A stretch of 64,000 bases of DNA from Candidatus Fervidifonticultor sextus (GTDB lineage Bacteria > Sysuimicrobiota > Sysuimicrobiia > Sysuimicrobiales > Humicultoraceae): contig JAVKHQ010000012.1 of the NCBI GenBank assembly GCA_031459875.1, positions 14,848 to 78,847 on the forward strand, read 5' to 3'. The notes beneath the pieces were generated by a model that saw nothing but the letters and a program-made list of their open reading frames with translations, was not told the DNA's origin and made no database searches. Of the stretch, positions 55,224-64,000 are shown one piece after another. A program made the position numbers and the translations under genes. Position 1 is the first letter of the stretch; each line of letters opens with the position of its first letter.

Positions 55224-58200
55224 GTGATTGAGCGCGACGCCCTCGACCGCTGCAGTCTGTTCGCCGGGCTGTCGTCCTCGGCGCGCGACCTGGTGGCGTC
55301 TTTGGGGCGCGTGGCCACATTCCAGGTTGGCCAGCGCGTCTTCAACGCGGGCGAGGAGGCCCGGCACCTCTACATCGTCCACGAAGGCCGTGTGGCCCTT
55401 GAGATGCTTCCGCCCCGGGAGGACGGCGAGCCCCCGCGTCCGGTGGTCGTCACCGTCCTGGGCCCCGGAGACGCCCTGGGGTGGTCGGCTGTGGTCCCGC
55501 CCTACGTGTTCACCGTGTCAGCCGTCTGCGTGGATCCCACGGTGCTGGTGGCCATCGAGGGGAAAGTATTGCGCCGGCTCATGTCGCTGGACTGGGAGGT
55601 CGGCTACCACATCATGGCGGGGCTGGTGGACCTCATCGAGTCACGGATGGCCCACCTCCGCGCGCGCATGGTCCAGATGCACGCCTCCGCAGCCTCCCAT
55701 GTGCGCGCGCCGGCCTTGCGGGTCGCCACGTACCTGGAATCGGTCCTGGCCGGCCATGCCGGCGACCTGACCGAGGACCAGCGCCACATCCTGGAGCGGT
55801 GCCGTGAGCGGCTCCAGGCGCAGATCGACCATCTGGACCGCCTGCTGCGCGTGCCGGGGCCCGATGTGCCATCGGAGCCCGAGGTCCCGCCCGCGCGGGC
55901 CTCGCCTCCTGCGGCAGAGCCAGCCGACGACAGCCGGCCGGAGTCCGCCGGCGAAGGGCAGGCGGCGCCCGGCGGACCGGTCGGCGCTGCCCTCGTCGTC
56001 GGCGGCGGGATCGCCGGGATCCAGGCGGCGCTGGACCTGGCGGATGCCGGCATCAAGGTCTACCTGGTGGAACGGGGTCCGGCGATCGGCGGCCGGATGG
56101 CGGCGCTGGACAAGACCTTCCCCACCAACGACTGCGCCATGTGCATCCTCTCGCCCAAACTGTCCGGCGTGGGGCGGCATCCCAACATCGAGATCCTGAC
56201 GCTGGCCGACCTGGAGCGCCTGGAGGGGTCTGCGGGCGACTTCCTCGCCACAGTGCGCCGGCGGCCGCGCTTCATCGACCCGCGGCTGTGCACGGCCTGC
56301 GGTGAGTGCGCCGCGGTCTGTCCGGTGCGCGTGCCCAGCGAGTTCGACGCGGGGCTTTCCCTGCGCCCGGCCGTCTTCCGGCCCTACGCCCAGGCGGTCC
56401 CCGCCGCCTACGCCATCGACAAACGCGGACGTTCGCCCTGCCGCGACGCCTGCCCCATCCACCAGCGCGCCCAGGGTTACATCGCGCTGATTGCGCAGGG
56501 CCGCTATGAAGAAGCCTTCGAGGTCATCCGCCGCGAGAACCCGTTCCCGGGCATCTGCGGCCGCGTCTGCAATCACCGGTGCGAAGACGCCTGCTCGCGG
56601 GCGCAGCTGGACGGCGCGGTCTCCATCGCCGGCCTCAAACGGTTCGTCGCCGACTGGATGTACGCACGGCCGAGGCAGCCGGGCACACCGGTGGCGCCGG
56701 TGCATCCCGAACGGGTCGCCGTCGTCGGCTCCGGGCCCGCCGGACTCACCGCCGCCCGCGACCTGGCCCAGCGGGGCTACCGGGTGACGGTGTTCGAGGC
56801 CCTGCCGGTCCCGGGCGGCATGATGCGGGTCGGCATCCCCGAGCACCGCCTCCCCACCTGGATCGTCGAACGTGAAATCGCCGACATCGCCGACCTGGGG
56901 GTCGAGATTCGCTGCAACAGCAGTGTGGCCCACGTGCGCGACCTGTTCGAGCAGGGCTATCAGGCGGTGTTCCTGGCCTCGGGCGCGCACCGGGCCCGGA
57001 AGATCCCGATCCCCGGCGCGGACCTCCCGGGTGTTCTCGTCAGCACCGACGTGCTGCAGAACGCCCGACTGGGCCACCCCGTGCCCCTGGGCCGGCGCGT
57101 GCTGGTGCTGGGAGGCGGCAACGTCGGGTTCGATGTGGCGCGCACCTGCCTGCGGCTGGGCGCCCAGGACGTGCGCGTGCTCTGCCCGGAGACCCGCGAG
57201 ATGATGCCCGCGCACCCGTGGGAGATCGCCGCCGCCGAAGAAGAAGGCGTGCGGGTCCATCCTGCCACGGGGTTCGTGCGCGTCGTGGAGCGGGACGGCC
57301 GGGCCGCCGGCCTGGAGTGCAAGACGGTGCGCAAGATGGCCTTCGACGAGGCCCGTCGGCCCCACCTGGACCTGGTCGAGGGCAGCGAGCATGTCTTCGA
57401 GGCGGAGACGATCGTCTTTGCCATCGGCCTGGCGCCGCAGCTCGACCTGGTCGCCGGCCTGCCCGGCATCGAGACGACGCCGTGGGGTTCGTTGAAGGTG
57501 GACCCGGTCTCCCAGGCCACCGGATACCCCGGACTCTTTGCCGGCGGCGACGTGGCCACCGGGACCGCCTTCGTGGTGGACGCCATCGCGGCCGGCGCCC
57601 GGGCGGCGGCGGCCATCCATGCCCACCTGCGTGGGGAAGCCCTGTCGGTCGAGACGCCGGTGCCCGTGGCGAGACTCGCGCGGGACGAGATCCACGCCCG
57701 CCTGGCCCGCGGCCAGATCCGCCTCCAGCCCCGCGCCACCGCCCACGCCCTGCCCCCCGAGGTCCGGCGCGCCTCGTTCGTTGAGGTGGACGAGGGCTTC
57801 ACCGAGGACGAGGCGAGGCGTGAGGCGAGCCGGTGTCTCGCTTGTGGGGTCTGCGCCGAGTGCTTCGCCTGCGTCCTGGCCTGCAAGCGGGGCGCTATCA
57901 ACCACCTGGAGGCCGAGCGGGTCGAGACCCTGCGGGTCGGCGCCGTCATTCTGGCCCCGGGGATCGAGCCGTTCGACGCGACCCTGGCCGAGGCCTACGG
58001 GGTCGGGCGGTTCCCCAACGTGCTGGTCGGACCGCAGTTCGAGCGCCTGCTCTCCGCCTCGGGCCCCACGCAGGGCCACATCCGGCGGCCCTCGGACGGC
58101 GGCGAGCCCCGCCGCATCGCCTTCCTGCAGTGCGTGGGCTCCCGCGACCAGCGCACCCGGTACTGCTCGTCGGTCTGCTGCATGTACGCCACCAAGCAGG

Positions 58201-60440
58201 CCATGCTGGCGCGCGAGCACCTGCCGGGAGCCGAGTGCACGATCTACTACGCCGACCTGCGCGCCTTCGGCAAGGGGTTCGACGCCTACATCGAGCGCGC
58301 CAAGCGCACCGGCGTCCGCTACGTGCGCACGCGGGTCGCGGCGCTGCGCGAGGATCCGAAGACCAGGGCGCTGCGCTTCCGCGTCGAGGAGAACGGGGAG
58401 GTGCGCGAGGAGGAAGCCGACCTCGTCGTGCTGTCCGTGGGCCTGACCCCGCCCAGGGATGCCGCACGCCTGGCCGAGGCCGCCGGGATCAGCCTGGACG
58501 GGTGCGGGTTCGCGGCCACCGCCCCCTTCGCCCCGCTCCAGACGACCCGTCCGGGGGTTTTCGCCGCCGGCGGGTTCCGGGGGCCCAAGGACATCCCGGA
58601 CTCCGTGATCGACGGCAGCGGGGCGGCGGCGGCGGCCCTGGCGGTGATCGGCGCCGCGCGCGGGACCCAGATCGTCCCCAAGGTCTATCCGCCGGAGATG
58701 GCGCTGGACCCCACGCCGCGCATCGGCGTCTTCATCTGCCACTGCGGCTCCAACATCGCCGGGGTGGTGGACGTCCGGGGCCTGGCCGCGCACACGCGCA
58801 GCCTGCCGGGCGTCGTGGTGGCGGAGACGTCGCTGTACACGTGCTCCGCCGATGCCCTGGCGCGGATCCGGCAGGCCATCGCCGAATCACATCTCAACCG
58901 CGTCGTCGTGGCCAGCTGCACGCCGCGCACCCACGAGCCCATCTTCCGCGAAGCGCTGCGCGAGGCCGGCCTGAATCCCTACCTCTTCGAGATGGCCAAC
59001 ATCCGCGACCAGTGCTCGTGGGTGCACGCCGGCGATCCCGCGGCCGCGACGGAGAAAGCGCGGTCACTCATCGCTGCGGCGGTGGCCCGCGCGGCTCGAT
59101 TGACCCCGCTGCACACGGTGCCGGTGCCGGTGCGGCACGAGGCGCTGGTCGTCGGCGGCGGCATCGCCGGGCTGTCCGCCGCGCTGAACCTGGCCGATCA
59201 GGGCTTCCCTGTGGTGCTGGTGGAGCGCGCCTCGGCGCTGGGCGGCCGGCTCCGCTCCCCGCTGCTGTCGTGGGACGGGGGCGGCTCGCCGGCCGACGCG
59301 CTGGCCGGCCTGGTCGCCCGGGCCCGGCGCCATCCGCGCCTCACGGTGCTGACCGGCCACCGCGTCCTGGCCTCCCGCGGCACGGTGGGGAACTTCGAGA
59401 CCACCCTGGCCGGGCCCGACGGCGAGCGCGTCGTCCGGCACGGCGTGACCATTCTGGCCACAGGGCTGCGGGAGTGGCATCCGGCGCCCTACGGGGTGGA
59501 CGAGGACCCGCGCGTGATCACCCTGGCGGCCTTCGAGGCGCGCCTGGCCGGGTCGGCGCGTGGGGGGTCGGCCGGCCCCACTGCCAGGACGACCGAGGCC
59601 TCCGGGGTGCCCGGGTCCGTCGTGATGCTGCTGTGCGCCGGGCCGTGGGACCGGGTCCCGTTCTACTGCAGCCGCACCTGCTGCGCCCAGTCGCTGGCCG
59701 CGGCCCTGGCGTTCAAGCGCGCGCATCCGGGGTCGTCCGTGGCGGTCCTGGTGCGCGACGTCCGCACCTACGGCTTCGCCGAGGAGGTCTACACCCAGGC
59801 GCGTCAGGCCGGTGTGCTGGTCTTCCGGTACCCGCCGGAGGCACCGCCGGAAGTCTGGCGGACCCCGGAGGCCATCACGGTCAGGGTGCGGGACGCCACC
59901 CTGGGCGAAGACCTGACGCTGGCGGCCGACCTGCTGGTCGTCTCGCCGGCCCAGGTGCCCGCCGACGGTGCCGGCGACCTCTCGACGATCTTCAAGGTCC
60001 CGGCATCCCAGGAGGGGTTCTTCCTGGAGGCCCACCTGAAGCTGCGGCCGGCCGACTTCGCCAGCGAGGGGCTGTTCCTCTGCGGCGGCGCGCACTATCC
60101 CAAGCCGGTGGGCGAGGCGATGGCCCAGGCCCTGGCCGCCGCCGCCCGCGCGGGGACCCTGCTGTGGCGCGACCGCCTGGAGGTCGGCGGGGTCGTGGCA
60201 ACGGTGGACCGCGACCGCTGCACGACGTGCCTGACCTGCCTGCGGCTGTGCGCGTACGACGCCATCGCCTTCGACGCCGATGGGATCGCCGTGGTCGATC
60301 CCGCCCGGTGCCAGGGCTGCGGCCTGTGCGTGGCGGCCTGCCCCGGGGCCGCCCTGACGCTGACACACTACACGCGCGACCAGATGCTGGCCAAGATCGA
60401 GGCGCTACTGGGCCAGGCGGAGCCCGTCCATGTCGGCTGA
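55224..60440 (+). CDS. Large HdrA/HdrL-type flavo-Fe-S protein with N-terminal cNMP-binding and DHp-like domains and an inserted GltD-like NAD(P)H module
   Basis: VVGGGIAG, LDKTFPTNDC..C, PCRDACP, CGRVC...CE..C, GSGPAG, CVGSRD...YCSSVCC, GVFICHCG, SCTPRTHE, ANIRDQCSWVH, FLEAHLKLRP, C-terminal 2x[4Fe-4S]. Confidence 0.9.
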   Translation: MIERDALDRCSLFAGLSSSARDLVASLGRVATFQVGQRVFNAGEEARHLYIVHEGRVALEMLPPREDGEPPRPVVVTVLGPGDALGWSAVVPPYVFTVSAVCVDPTVLVAIEGKVLRRLMSLDWEVGYHIMAGLVDLIESRMAHLRARMVQMHASAASHVRAPALRVATYLESVLAGHAGDLTEDQRHILERCRERLQAQIDHLDRLLRVPGPDVPSEPEVPPARASPPAAEPADDSRPESAGEGQAAPGGPVGAALVVGGGIAGIQAALDLADAGIKVYLVERGPAIGGRMAALDKTFPTNDCAMCILSPKLSGVGRHPNIEILTLADLERLEGSAGDFLATVRRRPRFIDPRLCTACGECAAVCPVRVPSEFDAGLSLRPAVFRPYAQAVPAAYAIDKRGRSPCRDACPIHQRAQGYIALIAQGRYEEAFEVIRRENPFPGICGRVCNHRCEDACSRAQLDGAVSIAGLKRFVADWMYARPRQPGTPVAPVHPERVAVVGSGPAGLTAARDLAQRGYRVTVFEALPVPGGMMRVGIPEHRLPTWIVEREIADIADLGVEIRCNSSVAHVRDLFEQGYQAVFLASGAHRARKIPIPGADLPGVLVSTDVLQNARLGHPVPLGRRVLVLGGGNVGFDVARTCLRLGAQDVRVLCPETREMMPAHPWEIAAAEEEGVRVHPATGFVRVVERDGRAAGLECKTVRKMAFDEARRPHLDLVEGSEHVFEAETIVFAIGLAPQLDLVAGLPGIETTPWGSLKVDPVSQATGYPGLFAGGDVATGTAFVVDAIAAGARAAAAIHAHLRGEALSVETPVPVARLARDEIHARLARGQIRLQPRATAHALPPEVRRASFVEVDEGFTEDEARREASRCLACGVCAECFACVLACKRGAINHLEAERVETLRVGAVILAPGIEPFDATLAEAYGVGRFPNVLVGPQFERLLSASGPTQGHIRRPSDGGEPRRIAFLQCVGSRDQRTRYCSSVCCMYATKQAMLAREHLPGAECTIYYADLRAFGKGFDAYIERAKRTGVRYVRTRVAALREDPKTRALRFRVEENGEVREEEADLVVLSVGLTPPRDAARLAEAAGISLDGCGFAATAPFAPLQTTRPGVFAAGGFRGPKDIPDSVIDGSGAAAAALAVIGAARGTQIVPKVYPPEMALDPTPRIGVFICHCGSNIAGVVDVRGLAAHTRSLPGVVVAETSLYTCSADALARIRQAIAESHLNRVVVASCTPRTHEPIFREALREAGLNPYLFEMANIRDQCSWVHAGDPAAATEKARSLIAAAVARAARLTPLHTVPVPVRHEALVVGGGIAGLSAALNLADQGFPVVLVERASALGGRLRSPLLSWDGGGSPADALAGLVARARRHPRLTVLTGHRVLASRGTVGNFETTLAGPDGERVVRHGVTILATGLREWHPAPYGVDEDPRVITLAAFEARLAGSARGGSAGPTARTTEASGVPGSVVMLLCAGPWDRVPFYCSRTCCAQSLAAALAFKRAHPGSSVAVLVRDVRTYGFAEEVYTQARQAGVLVFRYPPEAPPEVWRTPEAITVRVRDATLGEDLTLAADLLVVSPAQVPADGAGDLSTIFKVPASQEGFFLEAHLKLRPADFASEGLFLCGGAHYPKPVGEAMAQALAAAARAGTLLWRDRLEVGGVVATVDRDRCTTCLTCLRLCAYDAIAFDADGIAVVDPARCQGCGLCVAACPGAALTLTHYTRDQMLAKIEALLGQAEPVHVG

Positions 60441-60858
60441 GATCGTCGCCTTCTGCTGCTTCTACTGCGCGTATGCGGCGGCCGATCTGGCGGGGGTGAT
60501 GCGGCTGTCGTATCCCCCCAATGTGAAGGTGGTGCTCCTCCCCTGCTCCGGGGGCGTGGACCCGCTCTACATCCTGCGCGCCTTCGAGGCCGGGACCGAC
60601 GGCGTGCTCGTGGCCGGGTGTCTGGAGGGGCAGTGCCACTACCAGGTGGGCAACCTGCACGCGAAGCGCCGGGTGCGCGCCCTCAAGCGGATGCTGGACG
60701 AGGCCGGCATCGGCGGTGAACGCCTCGAGATGGTCAACCTCTCCTCGGCGCAGGGGCCGCGGTTCGCCGAGGTCGCGCGCGAGATGACCGAGCGCATCGT
60801 GGCGCTGGGGCCCTCGCCCCTCAGGCGGGCCCGAAGGGAGCAGGTCCATGCCGGATAG
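60430..60858 (+). CDS. mvhD: MvhD [2Fe-2S] subunit
   Basis: FCCFYCAYAAADLAG, PCSG, GV.V.GC..G.CHY..GN, ERL. Confidence 0.93.
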   Translation: MSAEIVAFCCFYCAYAAADLAGVMRLSYPPNVKVVLLPCSGGVDPLYILRAFEAGTDGVLVAGCLEGQCHYQVGNLHAKRRVRALKRMLDEAGIGGERLEMVNLSSAQGPRFAEVAREMTERIVALGPSPLRRARREQVHAG

Positions 60859-62251
60859 CGCCCCTCTGGCGTCCCGCGCCGCCCTGCCTCCTCTGGCCGA
60901 GGAGGTCCGCCGGGAGAGCGGGCAGGACCTGGCGCTGTGCTTCCAGTGCAAGGTCTGCACCAGCGGGTGCCCCCTGGCCGAGGCGATGGATCTCGTCCCC
61001 CATGCCCTCGTGCGGGCCCTGCAGGTGGGACGCGAGGAGCGCGCCCTCCAGGCCAATACCTACTGGCTGTGTGCGTCCTGTATGGCCTGCACCGCCCGCT
61101 GCCCCCAGGGCATCGATGTCGCCCGCGTCATGGACGCGCTGCGGATCGTCGCGTCGCGGCGGCGGATTCCCCCGCGGGTGCCCGAGGCGCTGGTGTTCAC
61201 CGAGGCGGCGGTCCGCAGCATTCGGATCTTCGGCCGGCTCTACGAAGCGGGCGTCGGTGCCGAGATGAACCTGCGCCTGCGCCAGCCGCTGCGCGAGGGC
61301 GCGCACGCGTGGCGCCTGCTGCGGGCCGGCAAGCTCCGGGTTCTCCCGGACCTGCCCGGCCGTCCCTCGGGTCAGCCGGCCCGCGACGGCGAGGTCGCCT
61401 ACTATCCCGGGTGCGCCCTCCATGCCGGCGCCCGCGAGTACGACGTCTCGGCACGCGCGGTGGCCGCCGCCCTGGGCATCCGGCTTCGGGAACTCGACGG
61501 GTGGCGGTGCTGCGGCGCCACGGCCGCCCACCAGTCGTCGGCGGACCTGGCCACCGTCCTGCCCCTGGGCAACCTGACCCTGGTCGCCCGCGGCGGCTAC
61601 AGGACCGTCACGGCCCCCTGCGCGGCCTGCTTCTCGCGGCTGCGCGTGGCCCAGGTGGAGGCGGCCGACCGGGCGCCTGCGGGGGTGCGCGTGCAGCACC
61701 TGCTGCACACGCTGATCGAAGGCGGCTTCGAGGGCATCCGTGCCCGGGTAGTCCGGCCGCTGCGCGGGCTGCGGGTGGCCTGCTACTACGGCTGTCTGCT
61801 CGTACGGCCTCCCGGGGTGACCGGCGCGGCCAGCGCGGAAGATCCCACGGAGATGGACCGCCTCGTCGACGCGCTGGGCGGCACGCCGGTGGCCTGGTCC
61901 TTCAAGACCGAGTGCTGCGGGGCCAGCCACGCCATCGTGCGTCCGGAACTCGCCGCCGCTCTGGCCGGCCGGATCCTCCGGAACGCGCAGGACGCCGGTG
62001 CCGAGGTGCTGGCCGTGGCCTGCCCGCTGTGCCACCACAACCTGGACGCGCGCCAGGAGGCGGCCGCCCGCGCCGCCGGGACCTCGCCGGTGCCGGTCTT
62101 CTTCTTCACGCAGTTGATGGCCCTGGCCTTCGGCCTGGAGCAGGCGGCCGGCCTGGACCGGCTGCTCGTCGACCCGCGGCCGTTGCTGCGGATGCGGGGG
62201 CTCGCGGGTGCGTCCCGGGAGTCCGGCGGGATCAGGGGTGGCGCCCGTTGA
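60848..62251 (+). CDS. Heterodisulfide reductase HdrC-HdrB fusion
   Basis: CFQCKVCTSGCP, CASCMACTARCP, then YYPGC, two CCG motifs, YYGC, ACPLC..NLD. Confidence 0.9.
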   Translation: MPDSAPLASRAALPPLAEEVRRESGQDLALCFQCKVCTSGCPLAEAMDLVPHALVRALQVGREERALQANTYWLCASCMACTARCPQGIDVARVMDALRIVASRRRIPPRVPEALVFTEAAVRSIRIFGRLYEAGVGAEMNLRLRQPLREGAHAWRLLRAGKLRVLPDLPGRPSGQPARDGEVAYYPGCALHAGAREYDVSARAVAAALGIRLRELDGWRCCGATAAHQSSADLATVLPLGNLTLVARGGYRTVTAPCAACFSRLRVAQVEAADRAPAGVRVQHLLHTLIEGGFEGIRARVVRPLRGLRVACYYGCLLVRPPGVTGAASAEDPTEMDRLVDALGGTPVAWSFKTECCGASHAIVRPELAAALAGRILRNAQDAGAEVLAVACPLCHHNLDARQEAAARAAGTSPVPVFFFTQLMALAFGLEQAAGLDRLLVDPRPLLRMRGLAGASRESGGIRGGAR

Positions 62252-62288
62252 AGGCCATCCGGCAGGCCGGTGGGCCCAGGAGGGACCG

Positions 62289-62915
62289 ATGTACCCGGAG
62301 ATGTCGATCTCGGCATTCCTCGCCAGGCTGGCGTCGTCCGACCCAGAGCCCGGCGGCGGGGCGGCGGCCGCGCTGGTGGCGGCGGCCGGCGCCGCGCTGG
62401 TGAGCATGGTGGCCAGCCTCACCCTCGGCAAGGAGAAGTATGCGGCGGTCCAGGCCGAGATGGAGCAGGTGCAGCGGCGGTCGCAGGCCCTGGTCGCCGA
62501 CCTGGCCGCGTCCATCGACCGCGACGCCGCGTCCTTCCGGAAGGTCATGGATGCCTACCGCCTGCCGCGTGGAACCGAGGAGGAGAAGGCCGGTCGCAGG
62601 CAAGCCATCGCCCGGGCGCTGCGCGAGGCCACGGTTGAGCCGGCCCGGGTCGTGCGCCTCTGCGACGAGATCGCGACCTTGAGCCGGGTGGTCATGGAGA
62701 AGGGCACCGTCCAGGCCGTCACCGACGCGGCCATCGCCGCGGTCCTGGCCGACGCGGCCGCCCAGAGCGCCGCGCTCAACGTGAAGATCAACCTGGGGCC
62801 GATCGGCGACCCTGCCTTCACCGACCCGCTGTGGGTCGACCTGCAGGGCACCATGGACCGGATCCGCGCCGTGCGCGACGAGGTGCTGGCCAAGACCTAC
62901 GAGAAGCTCGGATGA
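62289..62915 (+). CDS. fchA: Methenyl-THF cyclohydrolase FchA (cyclodeaminase/cyclohydrolase family)
   Basis: FL..LAS..P.PGGG.AAA, LVSMVA.LT.GK, LNVKINL; AGGAGG RBS before ATG 62289. Confidence 0.88.
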   Translation: MYPEMSISAFLARLASSDPEPGGGAAAALVAAAGAALVSMVASLTLGKEKYAAVQAEMEQVQRRSQALVADLAASIDRDAASFRKVMDAYRLPRGTEEEKAGRRQAIARALREATVEPARVVRLCDEIATLSRVVMEKGTVQAVTDAAIAAVLADAAAQSAALNVKINLGPIGDPAFTDPLWVDLQGTMDRIRAVRDEVLAKTYEKLG

Positions 62916-62918
62916 CCG

Positions 62919-63875
62919 ATGGCCGACATTATTGACGGCAATGTGATCGCCGAGGACCTGAAGCGGGAACTGACTGAAGAGGTGCGCGCCCTTGGAGCAC
63001 AGGGCATCGTGCCCGGGGTGGCCACGCTGCTGGTGGGCGAGGACTACGGGGCCCAAATGTACCGGCGCCAGGTCGAGCGGACCGCCGCAGAGGTCGGCGT
63101 GGCCTATCGCGACGTCGCCCTGCCGCCGGAGGCCACGCTGACGGCGGTGCTGGAGGCCGTGGCCGCCCTCAACCGCGATCCGACCGTCCACGGCATCCTG
63201 CCGCTGCGCCCCCTGCCGAAAGCCCTGCCGGAGGGGCCGGTGCTGGAGGCCATCGAGCCCGCCAAAGACATCGACTGCCTCCACCCCATCAACGCCGGGC
63301 GCCTGGCGCTGGGGCAGCCCGCGGTCTATCCCGCGACCCCCTGGGCCTGCTATGTGCTCGTGGAGCGCTACTTCGCCAGCCGCGGCCTGGATCCCAGGGC
63401 CGCCTTCGAGGGCAAAGACGTGGTCATCGTCGGGCGCAGCAACATCGTGGGCAAGCCGGCCTACTTCCTGGCCCTCGAACGCAACGCCACCGCCACCACG
63501 GTCCACTCGTACACCTGGCGGGCCGGCACCCTTGCTGCCCACACCCGCCGCGCCGACATCCTGATCGTGGCGATGGGGAAGGCGGCGTTCATCACGGCCG
63601 AGATGGTCAAACCTGGCGCCGTCGTGGTGGACGTCGGCATCAACGTGCTGCCCGTGCTCGATGCCGCCGGCAACCCCGTGACCGACGAGCGCGGCCGGCC
63701 GAAACGGAAGACAGTGGGCGATGTGGCCTTCGACCAGGTGAAGGAGGTCGCCGGCGCGATCACGCCCGTGCCCGGCGGGGTCGGCGCGGTGACGAACATC
63801 CTCTTGATGAAGAACGTTGTGCGGGCGGCGCAGGCGGTTGCAGCCTGGGGTACGGCGGAGGGGAAGGGGCCTTGA
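62919..63875 (+). CDS. folD: Methylene-THF dehydrogenase FolD (probably monofunctional)
   Basis: IIDG, KDIDC.HP.N.G, GRSNIVGKP, DVGIN, TPVPGGVG. Confidence 0.93.
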   Translation: MADIIDGNVIAEDLKRELTEEVRALGAQGIVPGVATLLVGEDYGAQMYRRQVERTAAEVGVAYRDVALPPEATLTAVLEAVAALNRDPTVHGILPLRPLPKALPEGPVLEAIEPAKDIDCLHPINAGRLALGQPAVYPATPWACYVLVERYFASRGLDPRAAFEGKDVVIVGRSNIVGKPAYFLALERNATATTVHSYTWRAGTLAAHTRRADILIVAMGKAAFITAEMVKPGAVVVDVGINVLPVLDAAGNPVTDERGRPKRKTVGDVAFDQVKEVAGAITPVPGGVGAVTNILLMKNVVRAAQAVAAWGTAEGKGP

Positions 63876-64000
63876 CGGCGCGCGCTGCGGTCGCATCCAC
63901 CCTCAGCGAGGCGGCGCGGGCGGAGATCCGCCGGCTGGCGGGGCGCTACGAGCACCGGCAGTCGGCGCTGCTGCCGGCGCTGTTTGTCGCGCAGGAGGAG
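63872..64000 (+). CDS. NuoE/HydC-like subunit, N-terminal fragment truncated by the window edge
   Basis: TTGA overlap with folD stop; LSEAARAEIRRLAGRYEHRQSALLPALFVAQEE matches the NuoE N-terminal pattern. Confidence 0.7.
   Translation, partial: MTARAAVASTLSEAARAEIRRLAGRYEHRQSALLPALFVAQEE

Noticed and set aside
55224..62251. Selenocysteine recoding in HdrA, MvhD or HdrB
   Set aside because: The frames are uninterrupted and the expected positions are ordinary Cys codons.
1..64000. CRISPR arrays, rRNA/tRNA genes, transposases or integrases, long tandem repeats
   Set aside because: None seen; intergenic gaps are short and show no regularly spaced repeats. A covariance-model search was not possible, so small RNAs cannot be fully excluded.

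Overview
Very GC-rich, gene-dense bacterial DNA with no rRNA, tRNA, CRISPR array or mobile element visible. The window has four blocks. (1) 1-6 kb: the end of a glutamate dehydrogenase, tgt-yajC-HD protein, and a GT2/BshB1/BshC-like trio. (2) 6-18 kb: a System I cytochrome c maturation operon (ccmABCDEF, no ccmG/H seen) running into an unusual Rieske/cytochrome b operon. That operon has two divergent cytochromes b. One lacks both heme bH histidines but keeps a Qo-like motif. The other keeps all four histidines, has a degenerate Qo motif, is fused to an HdrA-type C-terminal ferredoxin and is followed by an MvhD-like gene. (3) 18-38 kb: two NarX/NarL-type two-component systems (one kinase with a Cys-rich GAF, one with a CxxCH motif in a membrane loop), many multiheme c cytochromes (44 CxxCH motifs counted in 9 genes across the window), a TtrAB-like molybdoenzyme without a TtrC anchor, and a second, conventional Rieske/cytb operon. 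(4) 38.6-64 kb: a near-complete bacterial Wood-Ljungdahl operon (cooC, cooS, acsB, acsC, acsV, cooC2, DUF3786, acsD, acsE, MaoC-like, folC, metV, fhs, metF, cNMP-fused HdrA/HdrL, mvhD, hdrCB, fchA, folD) ending in a truncated NuoE-like gene. The best candidate for a new system is an asymmetric, heterodimeric bc-type complex that could wire quinol chemistry to cytoplasmic Fe-S/Hdr-Mvh-type partners. All calls come from motif reading only; no searches were run.
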